From contig JAYWGM010000052.1 of the NCBI GenBank assembly GCA_043778225.1, forward strand, positions 22,955-86,954: 64,000 bases of DNA, read 5' to 3'. The notes beneath the pieces were generated by a model. That model ran no database searches, was not told the origin of the DNA, and saw only the letters and a program-made list of their open reading frames with translations. The translations under genes and the position numbers were made by a program. Positions 10,061 through 20,435 of this stretch are shown piece by piece. Numbering within the stretch: the first letter of the stretch is position 1; each line of letters begins with the position of its first letter. Source of the DNA: Deinococcales bacterium. Lineage in GTDB: Bacteria > Deinococcota > Deinococci > Deinococcales > JAAFIG01.

Positions 10061-11077
10061 ATGAAATTAGCCATTGTCGGAGCAAGCGGTGCAGTTGGAC
10101 ACGAACTTTTAGCCGTTCTCGAGAAATCAGACCTCAAATACGACCAACTGCGCTTGTATGCCAGTCCGCGCAGCGCTGGTACGGTTCTCGAGTGCCGAGG
10201 ACAAAAATTAACGGTCGAGGTCATGCCCGAAGGCAAAATAGATGCCGATGTGATTTTGGCTTCGGCTGGTGGCAGTATTTCTAAATCCCAAGCACCCATC
10301 TGGGCGGCTGGTGGCGCAGTGGTGATAGATAACTCGAGCGCCTTTCGCTACGACGATGCGATTGCCTTAATTGTGCCAGAAATCAACGGCGATGTCCTTT
10401 TAGCTCACGACTGGAGCAAAGGCGGCATTGTTGCCAATCCCAACTGCACCACCGCAATTGCCGTTATGGCACTTGACCCGATTCACCGCAAATACGGCAT
10501 TAAACGCGCCATTATCAGCACTTACCAAGCCACAAGTGGCGCTGGCGCGAAGGGCATGAGCGAACTGCTCGAGCAAACCCGCAATGCTTTAGACAATAAA
10601 CCAGTTACAAACGAAGTTTTTGCCCACAGCATTGTTTTTAATGTGATTCCGCACATCGATTCTTTCCAAGAAAACGGCTATACCAAAGAAGAAATGAAAG
10701 TCGCTTGGGAGACCCGAAAAATCATGCGAGCGCCCAGTATTCGCCTAAGCTGCACTGCTGTGCGAATCCCAACGCTGCGTACCCATTCGGAAAGCATTAC
10801 GCTAGACCTCGAGCAACCCGCCCAGCCAGATGATGTACGGGCGCTGCTCGAGACGGCGGCGGGTGTAGAAGTGCGCGATGACCCAAGCCAAAAACTGTAC
10901 CCGATGCCTTTGACTGCCAGTGGCAAATATGATGTCGAAGTTGGGCGGATTCGTGCCAGCGAGGTTTTTGATGGCGGCATAGATTTATTTGTGGCTGGAG
11001 ACCAACTCTTAAAAGGTGCAGCCTTAAACGCTGTGCAAATTGCTGAGTATATGCAGAATAAAGGCTTAATTAAATAA
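10061..11077 (+). CDS. asd: Aspartate-semialdehyde dehydrogenase
   Basis: [47 protein letters not shown]. Confidence 0.96.
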   Translation: MKLAIVGASGAVGHELLAVLEKSDLKYDQLRLYASPRSAGTVLECRGQKLTVEVMPEGKIDADVILASAGGSISKSQAPIWAAGGAVVIDNSSAFRYDDAIALIVPEINGDVLLAHDWSKGGIVANPNCTTAIAVMALDPIHRKYGIKRAIISTYQATSGAGAKGMSELLEQTRNALDNKPVTNEVFAHSIVFNVIPHIDSFQENGYTKEEMKVAWETRKIMRAPSIRLSCTAVRIPTLRTHSESITLDLEQPAQPDDVRALLETAAGVEVRDDPSQKLYPMPLTASGKYDVEVGRIRASEVFDGGIDLFVAGDQLLKGAALNAVQIAEYMQNKGLIK

Positions 11078-11160
11078 AATAATCACCTAAACCTACCTGC
11101 CACAAACGAAAAACAACAATTCGGATTCTCGAGCCACACACACAAAGTCTTCTCCCACGT

Positions 11161-11184
11161 GGGCGAGGCAAGCCCCGCCCCTAC
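11161..11184 (-). repeat. GTAG-type REP palindrome
   Basis: Minus strand GTAGGGGCGGGGCTTGCCTCGCCC, imperfect GC hairpin in intergenic DNA. Confidence 0.65.
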
Positions 11185-11211
11185 GGTTTAGCAGCACATT
11201 CCTCGGAGAAA

Positions 11212-12099
11212 ATGGTGATTACCCCAATTCATTTTGCATTGATTTTATTTGTGGTTTTTAATTGGGGTCTGAGTTTTGTGGTGATTCATTTTGGCTTGCA
11301 GGGCGTACCGCCGCTTTTATTGGCAACCTTGCGTTTTACTTTAGCCGCCTTTCCATTGGTTTTTTTTTTGCGTCGCCCAAATGTGCCAGTTGTTTGGTTT
11401 TTGCTGTACGGCATTTGTACAGGTGTGATTCAGTTTGGGGTGGCATTTACCGCCATGAACATCGGAATCAGTGCTGGGTTAGCCAGCCTCGTGATTCAAA
11501 TGAACGGCTTTTTTACGGTTATTTTCTCGAGTATTTTTTTTGCCGAGCGGGTCAAATGGTTTGGCTGGCTCGGGCTTGGTGTGGCGTTTATTGGCATTGG
11601 CTTAATTGGCACAACCCGCGACTCGAGTGCCACCTTATCAGCGGTGCTGCTGATGTTGCTGGCGGCTCTTGGCTGGGCAAGTGCCAACCTTGTGGTGCGC
11701 CATGTCTCGAGTTTTAACCCAAAGCCAGATTTATTTGCGTTTGCGGTTCATGGCAATGCGTATGCGCCCTTGCCACTTCTCATGTTTTCCTTGCTGCTTG
11801 AGGGTGGGGTGCGGGATTGGGATGCAATAACCCACCTCAGCCTGACCTCGAGTTTGAGTGTCCTGTATCTGGCTTGGATTGCCACAGTCGTTTGTTTTGG
11901 TGCGTGGGCATTTTTAATTGGGCAGTACGGTGCGGTCAAAATTGCCCCATTTAGTTTGCTTGTGCCAGTTTTTGGGATGGTTTTAAGTGCCTTGATGCTG
12001 GGCGAACAATTTGGTTTTATAAAATTACTGGCGGCTTTTTTGGTGGTGCTGGGTTTGGTGATTAGTGTCTTTGGCTCGAGAATATGGAGGTCGGTATGA
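11212..12099 (+). CDS. EamA/DMT-family exporter
   Basis: About 10 TM segments, WGLSFVVI, PPLLLATLRF, APFSLLVPVFG. Confidence 0.88.
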   Translation: MVITPIHFALILFVVFNWGLSFVVIHFGLQGVPPLLLATLRFTLAAFPLVFFLRRPNVPVVWFLLYGICTGVIQFGVAFTAMNIGISAGLASLVIQMNGFFTVIFSSIFFAERVKWFGWLGLGVAFIGIGLIGTTRDSSATLSAVLLMLLAALGWASANLVVRHVSSFNPKPDLFAFAVHGNAYAPLPLLMFSLLLEGGVRDWDAITHLSLTSSLSVLYLAWIATVVCFGAWAFLIGQYGAVKIAPFSLLVPVFGMVLSALMLGEQFGFIKLLAAFLVVLGLVISVFGSRIWRSV

Positions 12100-12584
12100 A
12101 TTATGCAAGGCTACTTAAAAACGCATCTTTGATGGGTGCATTAAAAGAACTCGAGGAATTACTCAAGACGGGGCAGGAAACCTTTTTAGATTTTGAAGAA
12201 AACCAACTTGAGCAACCACTGGCAGCCAATAAATGGTCGCGCAAAGAAATTGTCGGGCATCTTGTGGACAGCGCCCTCAATAACATCCAGCGTTTTACTC
12301 GAGCGCAAATCCCAAGCCATCTCGAGCAGGGTGTCTTGGTGGTGGCTGGTTACGCGCAAAACGATTGGGTCAGTTTGGCGAAATATAACGACCGTCTGAG
12401 TGCCGATTTAATTGAACTTTGGCGCGGGCTGAACGAACATATTCTAAGTATTCTCGAGCAACCCAGCGCTGTCAGTTTAGCGGTGCAAATTCAAATTGGC
12501 GATGGCGAACCCAGCAGTTTAGAGGATGTGTTTATCAGTTATGTGGGTCATGTCAAACATCACTTGCAGCAATTAACGCCGTGA
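12096..12584 (+). CDS. DinB-family protein (start uncertain)
   Basis: KWSRKEIVGHLVDS, YVGHVKHHLQQL. Confidence 0.8.
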   Translation: MNYARLLKNASLMGALKELEELLKTGQETFLDFEENQLEQPLAANKWSRKEIVGHLVDSALNNIQRFTRAQIPSHLEQGVLVVAGYAQNDWVSLAKYNDRLSADLIELWRGLNEHILSILEQPSAVSLAVQIQIGDGEPSSLEDVFISYVGHVKHHLQQLTP

Positions 12585-12866
12585 TTTTTTGCGGTATGCT
12601 TCGCCGCGTTTCTCGAGACCTGCGATAAGAATGATTGGTGGTTCAATGTTGACTGCAAAATACACCCGAAAATCCCCGACTCTTAAACGAAAAGGAGTAA
12701 TGTATCCTTTACCGAGTGTTTCGATGTCGCCAATTGCCGTGACAGCTAAGCGTTCAATGCCATCAAGGACACGTTCAAGGTTTTCATTGGATAGTTTCTC
12801 TAAGGCTTTGCGAGCATGGCGGTTATATTCGATTTCATATGGTACAAGTTCAAGTCGAATGCTCAC
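12573..12866 (-). CDS. RelE/ParE-family type II toxin
   Basis: YEIEYNRHARKALEKL, FRLRVGDFRVYF, KRGEAYR; probable GTG start at 12866 overlapping antitoxin end. Confidence 0.8.
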   Translation of the reverse strand: MSIRLELVPYEIEYNRHARKALEKLSNENLERVLDGIERLAVTAIGDIETLGKGYITPFRLRVGDFRVYFAVNIEPPIILIAGLEKRGEAYRKKSRR

Positions 12867-13149
12867 TTTTTCTTCGTTGCAAAATTTGGCGCATTTCGGC
12901 ATGGCTGGTGGTTTCTGCCCGTCCTTCACGCCACTCGAGAATACCTGCCTGTACTTCTTCTGGGACAGCATCTTGGCTGACTCGAGCCAAACGCAATTTA
13001 GTAGTCAATGGGTGTTCAATTTCAGTTGGAATGGTTTCTTTCAGCAATGTCTCGAGCGCTTGACGACGGGTACGAATTCCGCGTCGCTGGCGAAAAGTAT
13101 CAATTCTTGCCAATCCTTCTTTGGAGAGGGCTTTTTCAAGCAGGGTCAT
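12850..13149 (-). CDS. Putative antitoxin of the RelE-like toxin
   Basis: Directly upstream of and overlapping the toxin; C-terminal EWREGRAETTSHAEM typical of antitoxins; TAGAAT 6 nt before ATG. Confidence 0.65.
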   Translation of the reverse strand: MTLLEKALSKEGLARIDTFRQRRGIRTRRQALETLLKETIPTEIEHPLTTKLRLARVSQDAVPEEVQAGILEWREGRAETTSHAEMRQILQRRKSEHST

Positions 13150-13172
13150 GGCGGTATTCTAAGGGGTTTTTT

Positions 13173-14570
13173 ATGAATTTAATAGTTATGAAGTTCGGTG
13201 GTACGCTGATGGGCAGCACCGATGCAATTAAGCACAGCGCCAGTTTGGTGGCTGCCAATACCAAAGCAGGTTCTCGAGTCGTGGTTGTGCCGAGTGCCAT
13301 GAGTGGTGTGACCGACCAGTTATTAAAAATTGCCAGCAGTGCCGAACAGGGCGAAATTGACTTTGCCAATAGCGAGATTTTGCAAATGAAAACCCGTCAC
13401 CTCGAGACCGCCAGCGCTTTAGCCATTCGAGAAGCTGGTTTAGAAAAACTCGAGGCGATGTTTAGCAGTTTATCCCAAACCATCAATGGAATTTACCTAC
13501 TGCGTGAACTTTCTAAGCGAAGTAAAGATTTAATTGTATCTTTTGGCGAACGCCTGAGCGCTCCACTGATGAGTGCCGCCCTCGAGCAGCAAGGTATACC
13601 CGCCTTTGACCTGACTGGCGGACAAGCTGGAATGCTGACCAACAATAATTTTGGCAATGCCCGACCACTGCCCGAAGCCTATAACCGCATTCCTAAGCGG
13701 CTCGAGGGATTATTCCAACAAAATGTCACGCCAGTCGTGACGGGTTTTATTGGCGAAACCACAACGGGCGCAATCACCACCCTCGGGCGTGGTGGCTCGG
13801 ATTACACCGCCACCATTTTAGGCGCGGCACTTGGTGCAACCGAAGTTTGGACTTGGAAAGATGTGGATGGCGTGATGACCACCGACCCAAGAATCGTGCC
13901 AGAAGCCCAGAATCTCGAGCAATTGAGCTACGCCGAAATCATGGAAATGGCGTATTTTGGGGCGAAAGTGCTGCATCCGTTGGCGGTTGTGCCACTGCAA
14001 GAAAAAGGTATTCCACTGCGGGTCAAAAGTGCTGCCGACCCGAGTTTTGCTGGCACACTGGTCTCGAGCGAATCACACCCATCAAAAACGGGGGTCAAAG
14101 CCGTCACTGCTGTTAGAAATGCCAACATCATCGACATTGGCGGCGCGGGCATGGTTGGGGCAGCCAACATCACCTCGCAAATTTTTGATGTGCTTGCCAG
14201 TTTAGATGTCAATGTGATTATGATTAGCCAATCCTCGAGCATGGCAAACATCAGCATTGTGGTGCAACAAGCCGATGGCAAACGCGCCCTAGAAGCGCTG
14301 CAAAAACAATTTGCGGAATCTGATAGTGTCGGCAAAATCGAATTCTGGGAAGCGATTAGCGTGATAGCGATTGTCGGCGAAGGAATGCGCGGCGCTAAAG
14401 GTGTGGCGGCTAAACTTTTCACGGCGGTTGCCAACGAAGGTATCAGCATAGATATGATTTCTCAAGGCTCGAGCGAATTAAACATTTCCTTAGCCATAGA
14501 TGATGTGCATACTGTAAATGCGGTCAGAGCCATCCATAAAGCCTTTGGACTGGATAAACTCGAGGTGTAG
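13173..14570 (+). CDS. lysC: Aspartate kinase
   Basis: VMKFGGT, SAMSGVTD, TLGRGGSDYTA, KDVDGV, two ACT domains; true start MNLIVMKFGG at 13173. Confidence 0.93.
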   Translation: MNLIVMKFGGTLMGSTDAIKHSASLVAANTKAGSRVVVVPSAMSGVTDQLLKIASSAEQGEIDFANSEILQMKTRHLETASALAIREAGLEKLEAMFSSLSQTINGIYLLRELSKRSKDLIVSFGERLSAPLMSAALEQQGIPAFDLTGGQAGMLTNNNFGNARPLPEAYNRIPKRLEGLFQQNVTPVVTGFIGETTTGAITTLGRGGSDYTATILGAALGATEVWTWKDVDGVMTTDPRIVPEAQNLEQLSYAEIMEMAYFGAKVLHPLAVVPLQEKGIPLRVKSAADPSFAGTLVSSESHPSKTGVKAVTAVRNANIIDIGGAGMVGAANITSQIFDVLASLDVNVIMISQSSSMANISIVVQQADGKRALEALQKQFAESDSVGKIEFWEAISVIAIVGEGMRGAKGVAAKLFTAVANEGISIDMISQGSSELNISLAIDDVHTVNAVRAIHKAFGLDKLEV

Positions 14571-14814
14571 AATGAATTTTCAAGAAGCCCAAGAAATCAG
14601 CCAAACCAAATTAACTTAATCACTCTCGTTTGACTATTTTGACCCTGAAAGCACGGCGTAAAAATCCGAGTGTGGATACCCAAGCTAAACTTGAGGCAGA
14701 AGTGATTATCTTAAAAATCCATGCTGAACAAACCGCTTTGATGAATGTTGAGAACTGATGAAAGCTGCTGTTGCCCTTTATGTTTTTAGGATGCGCCCAA
14801 AAAGTGAGCAAAAC

Positions 14815-15936
14815 CTAATTTTTGATAACGTTTATTGGGCTGAGTAAGCGTGGGGTTTTACCTGTGCGTTGCTGGTATTCTTTGGCAATACTTTGACCCG
14901 CTTCGCGCCCAAACCCAACATTGGCAAGCATCACCACGCTACCGCCAAAGCCGCCGCCAGTTAAACGAGCCCCATAAATTTCAGCCGTATCTTGCGCCAA
15001 TTCAATAATCAAATCTATTTCGGGTTCAGAAATATCGTAATCGTCGGTCATTGAGGCGTGCGAAGCGTAGAACAATGCTCCCAAGGTCTCGAGGTCGCCA
15101 GCTTCTAGGGCAGCCACGGCTTTTAAGACTCGAGCATTTTCACTAATCACGTGTTTGGCGCGGCTCGAGAATGGTTTTGGTAGGGCAGCGACACGATCTA
15201 AATCGCGGGGCAGTAAATCGCGCAGGCTGTCTATGCCCAGTAAAGCACAAGCCTGTTCGCATTCGGCACGACGGGTTTTGTAATTGCGACTACCATTTAG
15301 CGTGGTGTGGCTGTGGCTGATGCCACTGTGCAAAATAACCAGTTCAAGATTTTTTGGTAGTGCCACAGTTTGGGTCTCGAGCGTCTTAAAATCTATAAAT
15401 AGGGCTTCACCGTTTTGTCCAAGGCTACACGCCATTTGGTCAAGTAAACCAACCCGAGCGCCAACCAAGCCATTCTCGGCACGTTGGGCAATTTTGGCAA
15501 CTTCTAAATCGGATAACTCGAGTTGGTAGGCTGCCCGCAAGGCTTTGACGGTACAAACCAACAATGCCGCACTCGAGGAGAGTCCGCTACCCAAGGGTAC
15601 ATCGCTCGAGAAAACAGCTTCAAAGCCACTTAATCTATGCCCGTCTTGGCTCAACACCTCGGTCACGCCTTGAATATAGTCAAGCCAATCTTTGCCTGCT
15701 TGTTCTGAACCAAGGCTATACTCGAGCAGTTGATTTTTTTGGACACTAAAAATCTGCACTGTCTGGTCGTTTCGCGGCTCGAGCAGCATCGTACAGCGCT
15801 GTAAAATTGGAGTCGGTAAAACCAGACCCTCGTTGTAGTCGGTATGTTCACCAATCAGGTTGACTCGCCCGGGACTCGAGGCTTGTAGGCTGGCTTCTTT
15901 GGAAAAATGGTTTGTGAAAATCGCGGCTAAATCCAT
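14815..15936 (-). CDS. galK: Galactokinase
   Basis: PGRVNLIGEHTDYN, PLGSGLSSSAA, GARLTGGGFGG. Confidence 0.95.
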   Translation of the reverse strand: MDLAAIFTNHFSKEASLQASSPGRVNLIGEHTDYNEGLVLPTPILQRCTMLLEPRNDQTVQIFSVQKNQLLEYSLGSEQAGKDWLDYIQGVTEVLSQDGHRLSGFEAVFSSDVPLGSGLSSSAALLVCTVKALRAAYQLELSDLEVAKIAQRAENGLVGARVGLLDQMACSLGQNGEALFIDFKTLETQTVALPKNLELVILHSGISHSHTTLNGSRNYKTRRAECEQACALLGIDSLRDLLPRDLDRVAALPKPFSSRAKHVISENARVLKAVAALEAGDLETLGALFYASHASMTDDYDISEPEIDLIIELAQDTAEIYGARLTGGGFGGSVVMLANVGFGREAGQSIAKEYQQRTGKTPRLLSPINVIKN

Positions 15937-16123
15937 AGGCTTAGTTTAACGTCTTTTCATCTAAGACAGGGCTTAACGTCTGCTTTTTTAATTTTTTCTT
16001 GTCTGGGACAAAATATACGCCTTTTTATTGGGTTAGTCCTGTGTTCGTACTCGAGTGCATTTGTGCAAGAGGTGCTTGCAAGTGCGCTCTTGGGGCTTTA
16101 GGATACACAGCACCGAAATTATT

Positions 16124-17101
16124 ATGATTCTTAAAGAACGCTACGAACAAGACTTACGTCTGGTCGGCTCACCGCAAGGTTGGGCAATCTTTACTTTGAC
16201 CATTGGGCTGCTGCTTTTAATACCGCAGCTTTTTCCAGCTTACGCTTATCCGGTAGCGCTATTTATGGTGTACAGCTTGGTGGCGATTGGCTTAAATATC
16301 TTGGTTGGTTTTACTGGGCAAATTTCGCTGGGTCACGCTGGTTTTTTTGCAATTGGGGCGTACACAATCGCTAAACTTGCACCAATGATTACTTTTCCTA
16401 TCGCCCTGGTGGTGGTGGTGGTGATTTGTGCCGTGGTTGGCTATCTGGTTGGTATTCCAGCCTTAAAGCTCGAGGGTCCATATTTAGCGATTGCCACCAG
16501 TGGTTTTGGTTTAGCAATGCAGCAATTTTTTGGCAATACCCCGAGCGATTGGTTTGGTGGACAGAGCGGTTTGATTGTTGAAAAAAGCCAGTTGTTTGGT
16601 GATTTATTTGCTCGAGACCGAGCCTATTACTACATTATTTTAGCGGTGGTGTTACTGATGGTCTATATGGCGTTTAACTTGGCGCGTTCACACATTGGTC
16701 GAGCCTTTGTGGCAGTGCGCGATGCCGAACTTGCCGCCCAGACCAGTGGGGTCAATGTTGCCAAAATCAAAACCCTTGCTTTTGCCATTTCGGCGGTTTA
16801 TGCGGGTGTCGGTGGAGCATTATTTGCACCGTTACTGGGCATTGTTTCGCCAGAAAGTTTTGGCTTGTTGCTGAGTGTGCAGTTTTTAAGCATGATTGTG
16901 ATTGGTGGCATTGGCACGGTGGCGGGTGGCATCCTTGGGGCGGGTTTGGTAACAGTGCTGCAAGACCAACTGGCGCAGGCTGGTGGTTGGTCTGGGCTTC
17001 TATACGGCTTGGTGGTGCTGGTGGTCATGATTCTCGAGCCACTGGGGTTGTACGGGCGCTGGATGAAAATAAAACTCTACTGGAAGACGTGGCCATTCTA
17101 A
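16124..17101 (+). CDS. Branched-chain amino acid ABC permease (LivM-like)
   Basis: GQISLGHAGFFAIGAY, GPYLAIAT, GRAFVAVRD. Confidence 0.9.
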   Translation: MILKERYEQDLRLVGSPQGWAIFTLTIGLLLLIPQLFPAYAYPVALFMVYSLVAIGLNILVGFTGQISLGHAGFFAIGAYTIAKLAPMITFPIALVVVVVICAVVGYLVGIPALKLEGPYLAIATSGFGLAMQQFFGNTPSDWFGGQSGLIVEKSQLFGDLFARDRAYYYIILAVVLLMVYMAFNLARSHIGRAFVAVRDAELAAQTSGVNVAKIKTLAFAISAVYAGVGGALFAPLLGIVSPESFGLLLSVQFLSMIVIGGIGTVAGGILGAGLVTVLQDQLAQAGGWSGLLYGLVVLVVMILEPLGLYGRWMKIKLYWKTWPF

Positions 17102-17103
17102 TG

Positions 17104-17240
17104 AAGGTAAAAAGGTTAAAAGTGAAAAGGTTAAAAGTAAACACCAAGCTCAGCCTCATTAGCTCGATTGATTCATTCTCGAGTCTTACTGCTCGTGTCC
17201 TAATCTTTTCACCTTTTTGCCCTTTTACCTTTTTACCCTT
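17104..17240. repeat. Inverted pair of short octamer tandem arrays (AAGGTNAA-like / TTTTNCCT-like)
   Basis: 17104-17140 purine-rich array; 17206-17240 complementary pyrimidine-rich array. Confidence 0.7.
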
Positions 17241-17255
17241 AAACGCTGGTGCTTT

Positions 17256-18137
17256 ATGAGTCTCGAGCAAGCGATTCGGCTTTTGATCATCGGTATCGAA
17301 ATTGGCAGTATCTATGCCTTGGTGGCGCTCAGTGTGGTTTTGCTGTACCGCACTTCTCGAGTTCTTAATTTTGGTCAGGGTGAATTAGCACTTTTGGCGT
17401 GTTTTTTGACCTTTACCCTGACTTCACGGCTTGGTGTCCCGCTTTGGTTATCGTTTTTGGCGGGTTTGGCTGCCAGTGCTGTGGCGGCTGGCGCATTTTA
17501 TTTCTTTTTAATGCGCCGTGCCAAAGCCCAAGATCCGATGAGTTTACTAATTTTAACGCTGGGCTTTAGTCTATTTGCCAATGGTGCTTTATCGTTGCTC
17601 TTTGGGGTGGACAACAAACAAATGCCCGGTTTTGTGGATGTGATTGAAACATGGACAATCGGTGGTTTTTCGATTGCTAAAAACTCGGTCTTGGTGGCAG
17701 TGGCGGGTTTATTGCTGATGTTGGCTTTGTACTTTTTTGTCCAGAAAAGCAAAATCGGACTAGCCATGCGGGCGGTTTCACAAAACCCAGAAGTGGCTAA
17801 AGCCCTTGGTATCCCCGTTAACCTGGTGCTGGTCTCGAGTTGGGCAGTGGCAGCCATTCTTGGCAGTGCGGCTGCGTTGCTCTTAGCGCCAGCCATTTCC
17901 TTAAACCCGAGCATCATGCTCGACCCGCTCAACAAAGGTTTTGCCGCCGCCGTGGTTGGTGGTATGACCAGCCTGCCGGGCGCAGTGCTTGGTGGGTATT
18001 TACTTGGCATCATCGAAGCCTACGTGGGTAATTTTGTACCCGCTTTTAAGTTGGCGCTGGCTTTTATTTTGGTGATTTTGGTCTTGGTTTTTCGTCCTCA
18101 TGGCTTGCTTGGCGAGAAAGAAACTCGTCGGGCATAA
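17256..18137 (+). CDS. Branched-chain amino acid ABC permease (LivH-like)
   Basis: GSIYALVAL, LNFGQGE, GLAMRAVSQN, AVVGGMTSLPGA. Confidence 0.9.
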   Translation: MSLEQAIRLLIIGIEIGSIYALVALSVVLLYRTSRVLNFGQGELALLACFLTFTLTSRLGVPLWLSFLAGLAASAVAAGAFYFFLMRRAKAQDPMSLLILTLGFSLFANGALSLLFGVDNKQMPGFVDVIETWTIGGFSIAKNSVLVAVAGLLLMLALYFFVQKSKIGLAMRAVSQNPEVAKALGIPVNLVLVSSWAVAAILGSAAALLLAPAISLNPSIMLDPLNKGFAAAVVGGMTSLPGAVLGGYLLGIIEAYVGNFVPAFKLALAFILVILVLVFRPHGLLGEKETRRA

Positions 18138-18166
18138 ATCGTGCTTCGGCACAAAAAGGAGTAAGT

Positions 18167-19399
18167 ATGCGTAAGCGAGTTGCAATTGGAGTGACCGTTG
18201 GGTTATTGGGTATCGCCGCCGGGCTTTCGGGCATGGCACAAGACATTGGTGTCACCAAAACCAAAATTAAAATTGGTACATGGGGTCCAACCAGTGGTCC
18301 GTTTCAACAATTTGGACGGGTGATGATTGGGATTGAAGCCTTGGTCAATAAAGTCAACCGTGAAGGTGGCATCAACGGGCGGCAAATCGAACTGATTAAG
18401 CGCGACGATGGTTACGACCCAGCCCGTACCAAGCTGGTGGTCAAAGAATTGGTTGAACGCCAAGGTGTTTTTGGTCTGGTCGGCGGTGTGGGTACAGCCA
18501 ATGGTGCAGCCATTCTCGAGGATGTGCGCTTGAACCAAATTCCATGGGTTTCGCCGGCTTCGGGCAGCACTTTATTTAGTCAAATCAAAGACGGCAAGCC
18601 ACGCACCCCAAGTGTTTTTGCGACCTACACCAACTATGTGATTGAAAGCATTTTGCTGTTGCGCCATGCGGTCAACACCTTAAAAATAGAAAAGGTAGCA
18701 ATCGCTTATGTCAACAACAGCTTTGGTAAAGAAGGTCTGGCGGGTGTCCAGTCCGAAATTGCCGAACTTAAAGGCAAAGCCAAATTGGTTGGCGAAGTCT
18801 CGCACGAACAAACCGAAAGTAATTTGGCACTTCAAGCCCTGAAACTCAAAGACAGTGGCGCAGAAGCCGTGGTTTTATACACCGCCGGCGATGCGATGCT
18901 TTCTTTGCTGCGTGAAATGGCAAAAATCAATTACAAGCCACAAATCCTTGCCTCGAGTGTTGTGGCTGGTGCAATTCTGCAAGCAGGACCTGCTACCCAA
19001 GCCAACGGCGCAATTATTGCCAGTTACATTCCGATTCCAACGGCTGCTTTGGCAGATGGTAAAAACGGCGATGCTCGAGCCGATGCGGCTTTTGCTGAAC
19101 TCTTAAAACTTGCTCCAGATGCCGCCAAAGCTGACCCACTCTCGACCTTGGCTGGTTGGGCATTTGCTGAGCCTTTAATCGAAGGCTTAAAGCGGGCTGG
19201 ACCAAACCTTAACCGTGCCAATTTTGTTAAAGCCATGGAAGGCATCAACAATTGGAAAGGTAGCTTATTTAACAGCATTTCCTTTAGCCCAACTGACCGC
19301 CAAGGCAACAACAGCGTCTTTTTGGTCAAGGGTGTTTATGCACCACGTCCCGGCTTTGTGGCTTTGGGCGGCTGGATTTCGTTTAATAGTGAGCGCTAA
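18167..19399 (+). CDS. Liv-type ABC substrate-binding protein
   Basis: Signal peptide, NREGGINGRQIELIKRDDGYDP; AAGGAG RBS. Confidence 0.88.
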   Translation: MRKRVAIGVTVGLLGIAAGLSGMAQDIGVTKTKIKIGTWGPTSGPFQQFGRVMIGIEALVNKVNREGGINGRQIELIKRDDGYDPARTKLVVKELVERQGVFGLVGGVGTANGAAILEDVRLNQIPWVSPASGSTLFSQIKDGKPRTPSVFATYTNYVIESILLLRHAVNTLKIEKVAIAYVNNSFGKEGLAGVQSEIAELKGKAKLVGEVSHEQTESNLALQALKLKDSGAEAVVLYTAGDAMLSLLREMAKINYKPQILASSVVAGAILQAGPATQANGAIIASYIPIPTAALADGKNGDARADAAFAELLKLAPDAAKADPLSTLAGWAFAEPLIEGLKRAGPNLNRANFVKAMEGINNWKGSLFNSISFSPTDRQGNNSVFLVKGVYAPRPGFVALGGWISFNSER

Positions 19400-19408
19400 A
19401 TTTTAACC

Positions 19409-19436
19409 GTAGGGGTTTGCCATGGCAAACCCCTAC
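19409..19436. repeat. Perfect 28-bp GTAG-type REP palindrome
   Basis: GTAGGGGTTTGCCATGGCAAACCCCTAC equals its own reverse complement. Confidence 0.85.
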
Positions 19437-19452
19437 AACCAAAAAATAAACT

Positions 19453-20268
19453 ATGCAAAATAAGAATGTACAATTGCTCGAGGCAAAAAATGTAACCCTG
19501 CGTTTTGGTGGCGTGACGGCTGTCAATGATGTTTCGTTTACTGTTGGGGTGAATGAGACTGTCGCCCTGATTGGACCAAACGGTGCAGGTAAAAGCAGCC
19601 TTTTTAACTGCATTACCGCCCTCTACAAGCCGCAAGTCGGTACAATCCAATTTGCTGGACACGAATTAACAAGCTCGAGTCCAGACCAGATTGCCAGCTT
19701 TGGCATCTCGAGGACTTTTCAAAACATCGAATTGTTTGGCGGTTTAACGGTTCTCGAGAATTTACTGCTCGGGCGACATCAGCACCTCAAAGTCAGTTTA
19801 TTTCACGCCATGCTTGGCACACCAACTTGGGTCAAATCCGAAGTCGAGCAAATTAAACGCGCCGAAGCGATGATTGAACTTTTGGAACTGCAACTCTACC
19901 GTGACCGCCGTGTGCGTGGGCTACCTTATGGGGTGCAGAAAATTGTTGAAATCGGACGCGCCTTGGTATCTGAACCTAAATTACTGTTGATGGATGAACC
20001 TGTGGCGGGTTTAACTTCGGACGAAAAAGACGAATTGGTACAGCGTTTGTCTGAACTCAAAAACGAACTAGGCTTATCTATTTTGTTGGTCGAACACGAC
20101 ATTCGAGTGGTCTCGAGCCTTGCTGAGCGGATTGTGGTTCTCGAGTACGGACGTAAAATTGCCGATGGTACACCCGAGGAAATCCGCAACGACCCTGTGG
20201 TGATTGCCGCCTACCTTGGTGAAGAAGCCCAGACCTTAGAAAAGCAGGGTGAAAAGGTCAAAGGGTGA
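19453..20268 (+). CDS. ABC ATP-binding protein (LivG-like)
   Basis: GPNGAGKS, RTFQN, LPYG, LLMDEP. Confidence 0.92.
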   Translation: MQNKNVQLLEAKNVTLRFGGVTAVNDVSFTVGVNETVALIGPNGAGKSSLFNCITALYKPQVGTIQFAGHELTSSSPDQIASFGISRTFQNIELFGGLTVLENLLLGRHQHLKVSLFHAMLGTPTWVKSEVEQIKRAEAMIELLELQLYRDRRVRGLPYGVQKIVEIGRALVSEPKLLLMDEPVAGLTSDEKDELVQRLSELKNELGLSILLVEHDIRVVSSLAERIVVLEYGRKIADGTPEEIRNDPVVIAAYLGEEAQTLEKQGEKVKG

Positions 20269-20421
20269 AAAGGTGAAAAGGTCAAAACAAGGGTTAAAAG
20301 GTCAAAGGGTGAAAAGGTGAAAAGTAGTTCTTGTACTCAAAATCAGCAAAATATTGTCCAAAAAAGCAGCCATAGAGGTTTGCTTTTTCCCTTTTTCCCT
20401 TTTTCCCTTTTTCCCTTTTCC
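20246..20421. repeat. Second inverted pair of octamer tandem arrays
   Basis: AAAGGTGA/AAGGGTGA/AAAGGTCA-type units at 20246-20324; (CTTTTTCC)x4 from 20383. Confidence 0.75.
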
Positions 20422-20435
20422 TCCCTAGGTTCTGT

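Noticed and set aside
13008..13172. N-terminal extension of aspartate kinase in the ORF track
   Set aside because: Overlaps the antisense antitoxin; family homology starts at 13173
15946..15981. TTAACGTCT direct repeat between galK and livM
   Set aside because: Two short copies only; cannot be distinguished from chance
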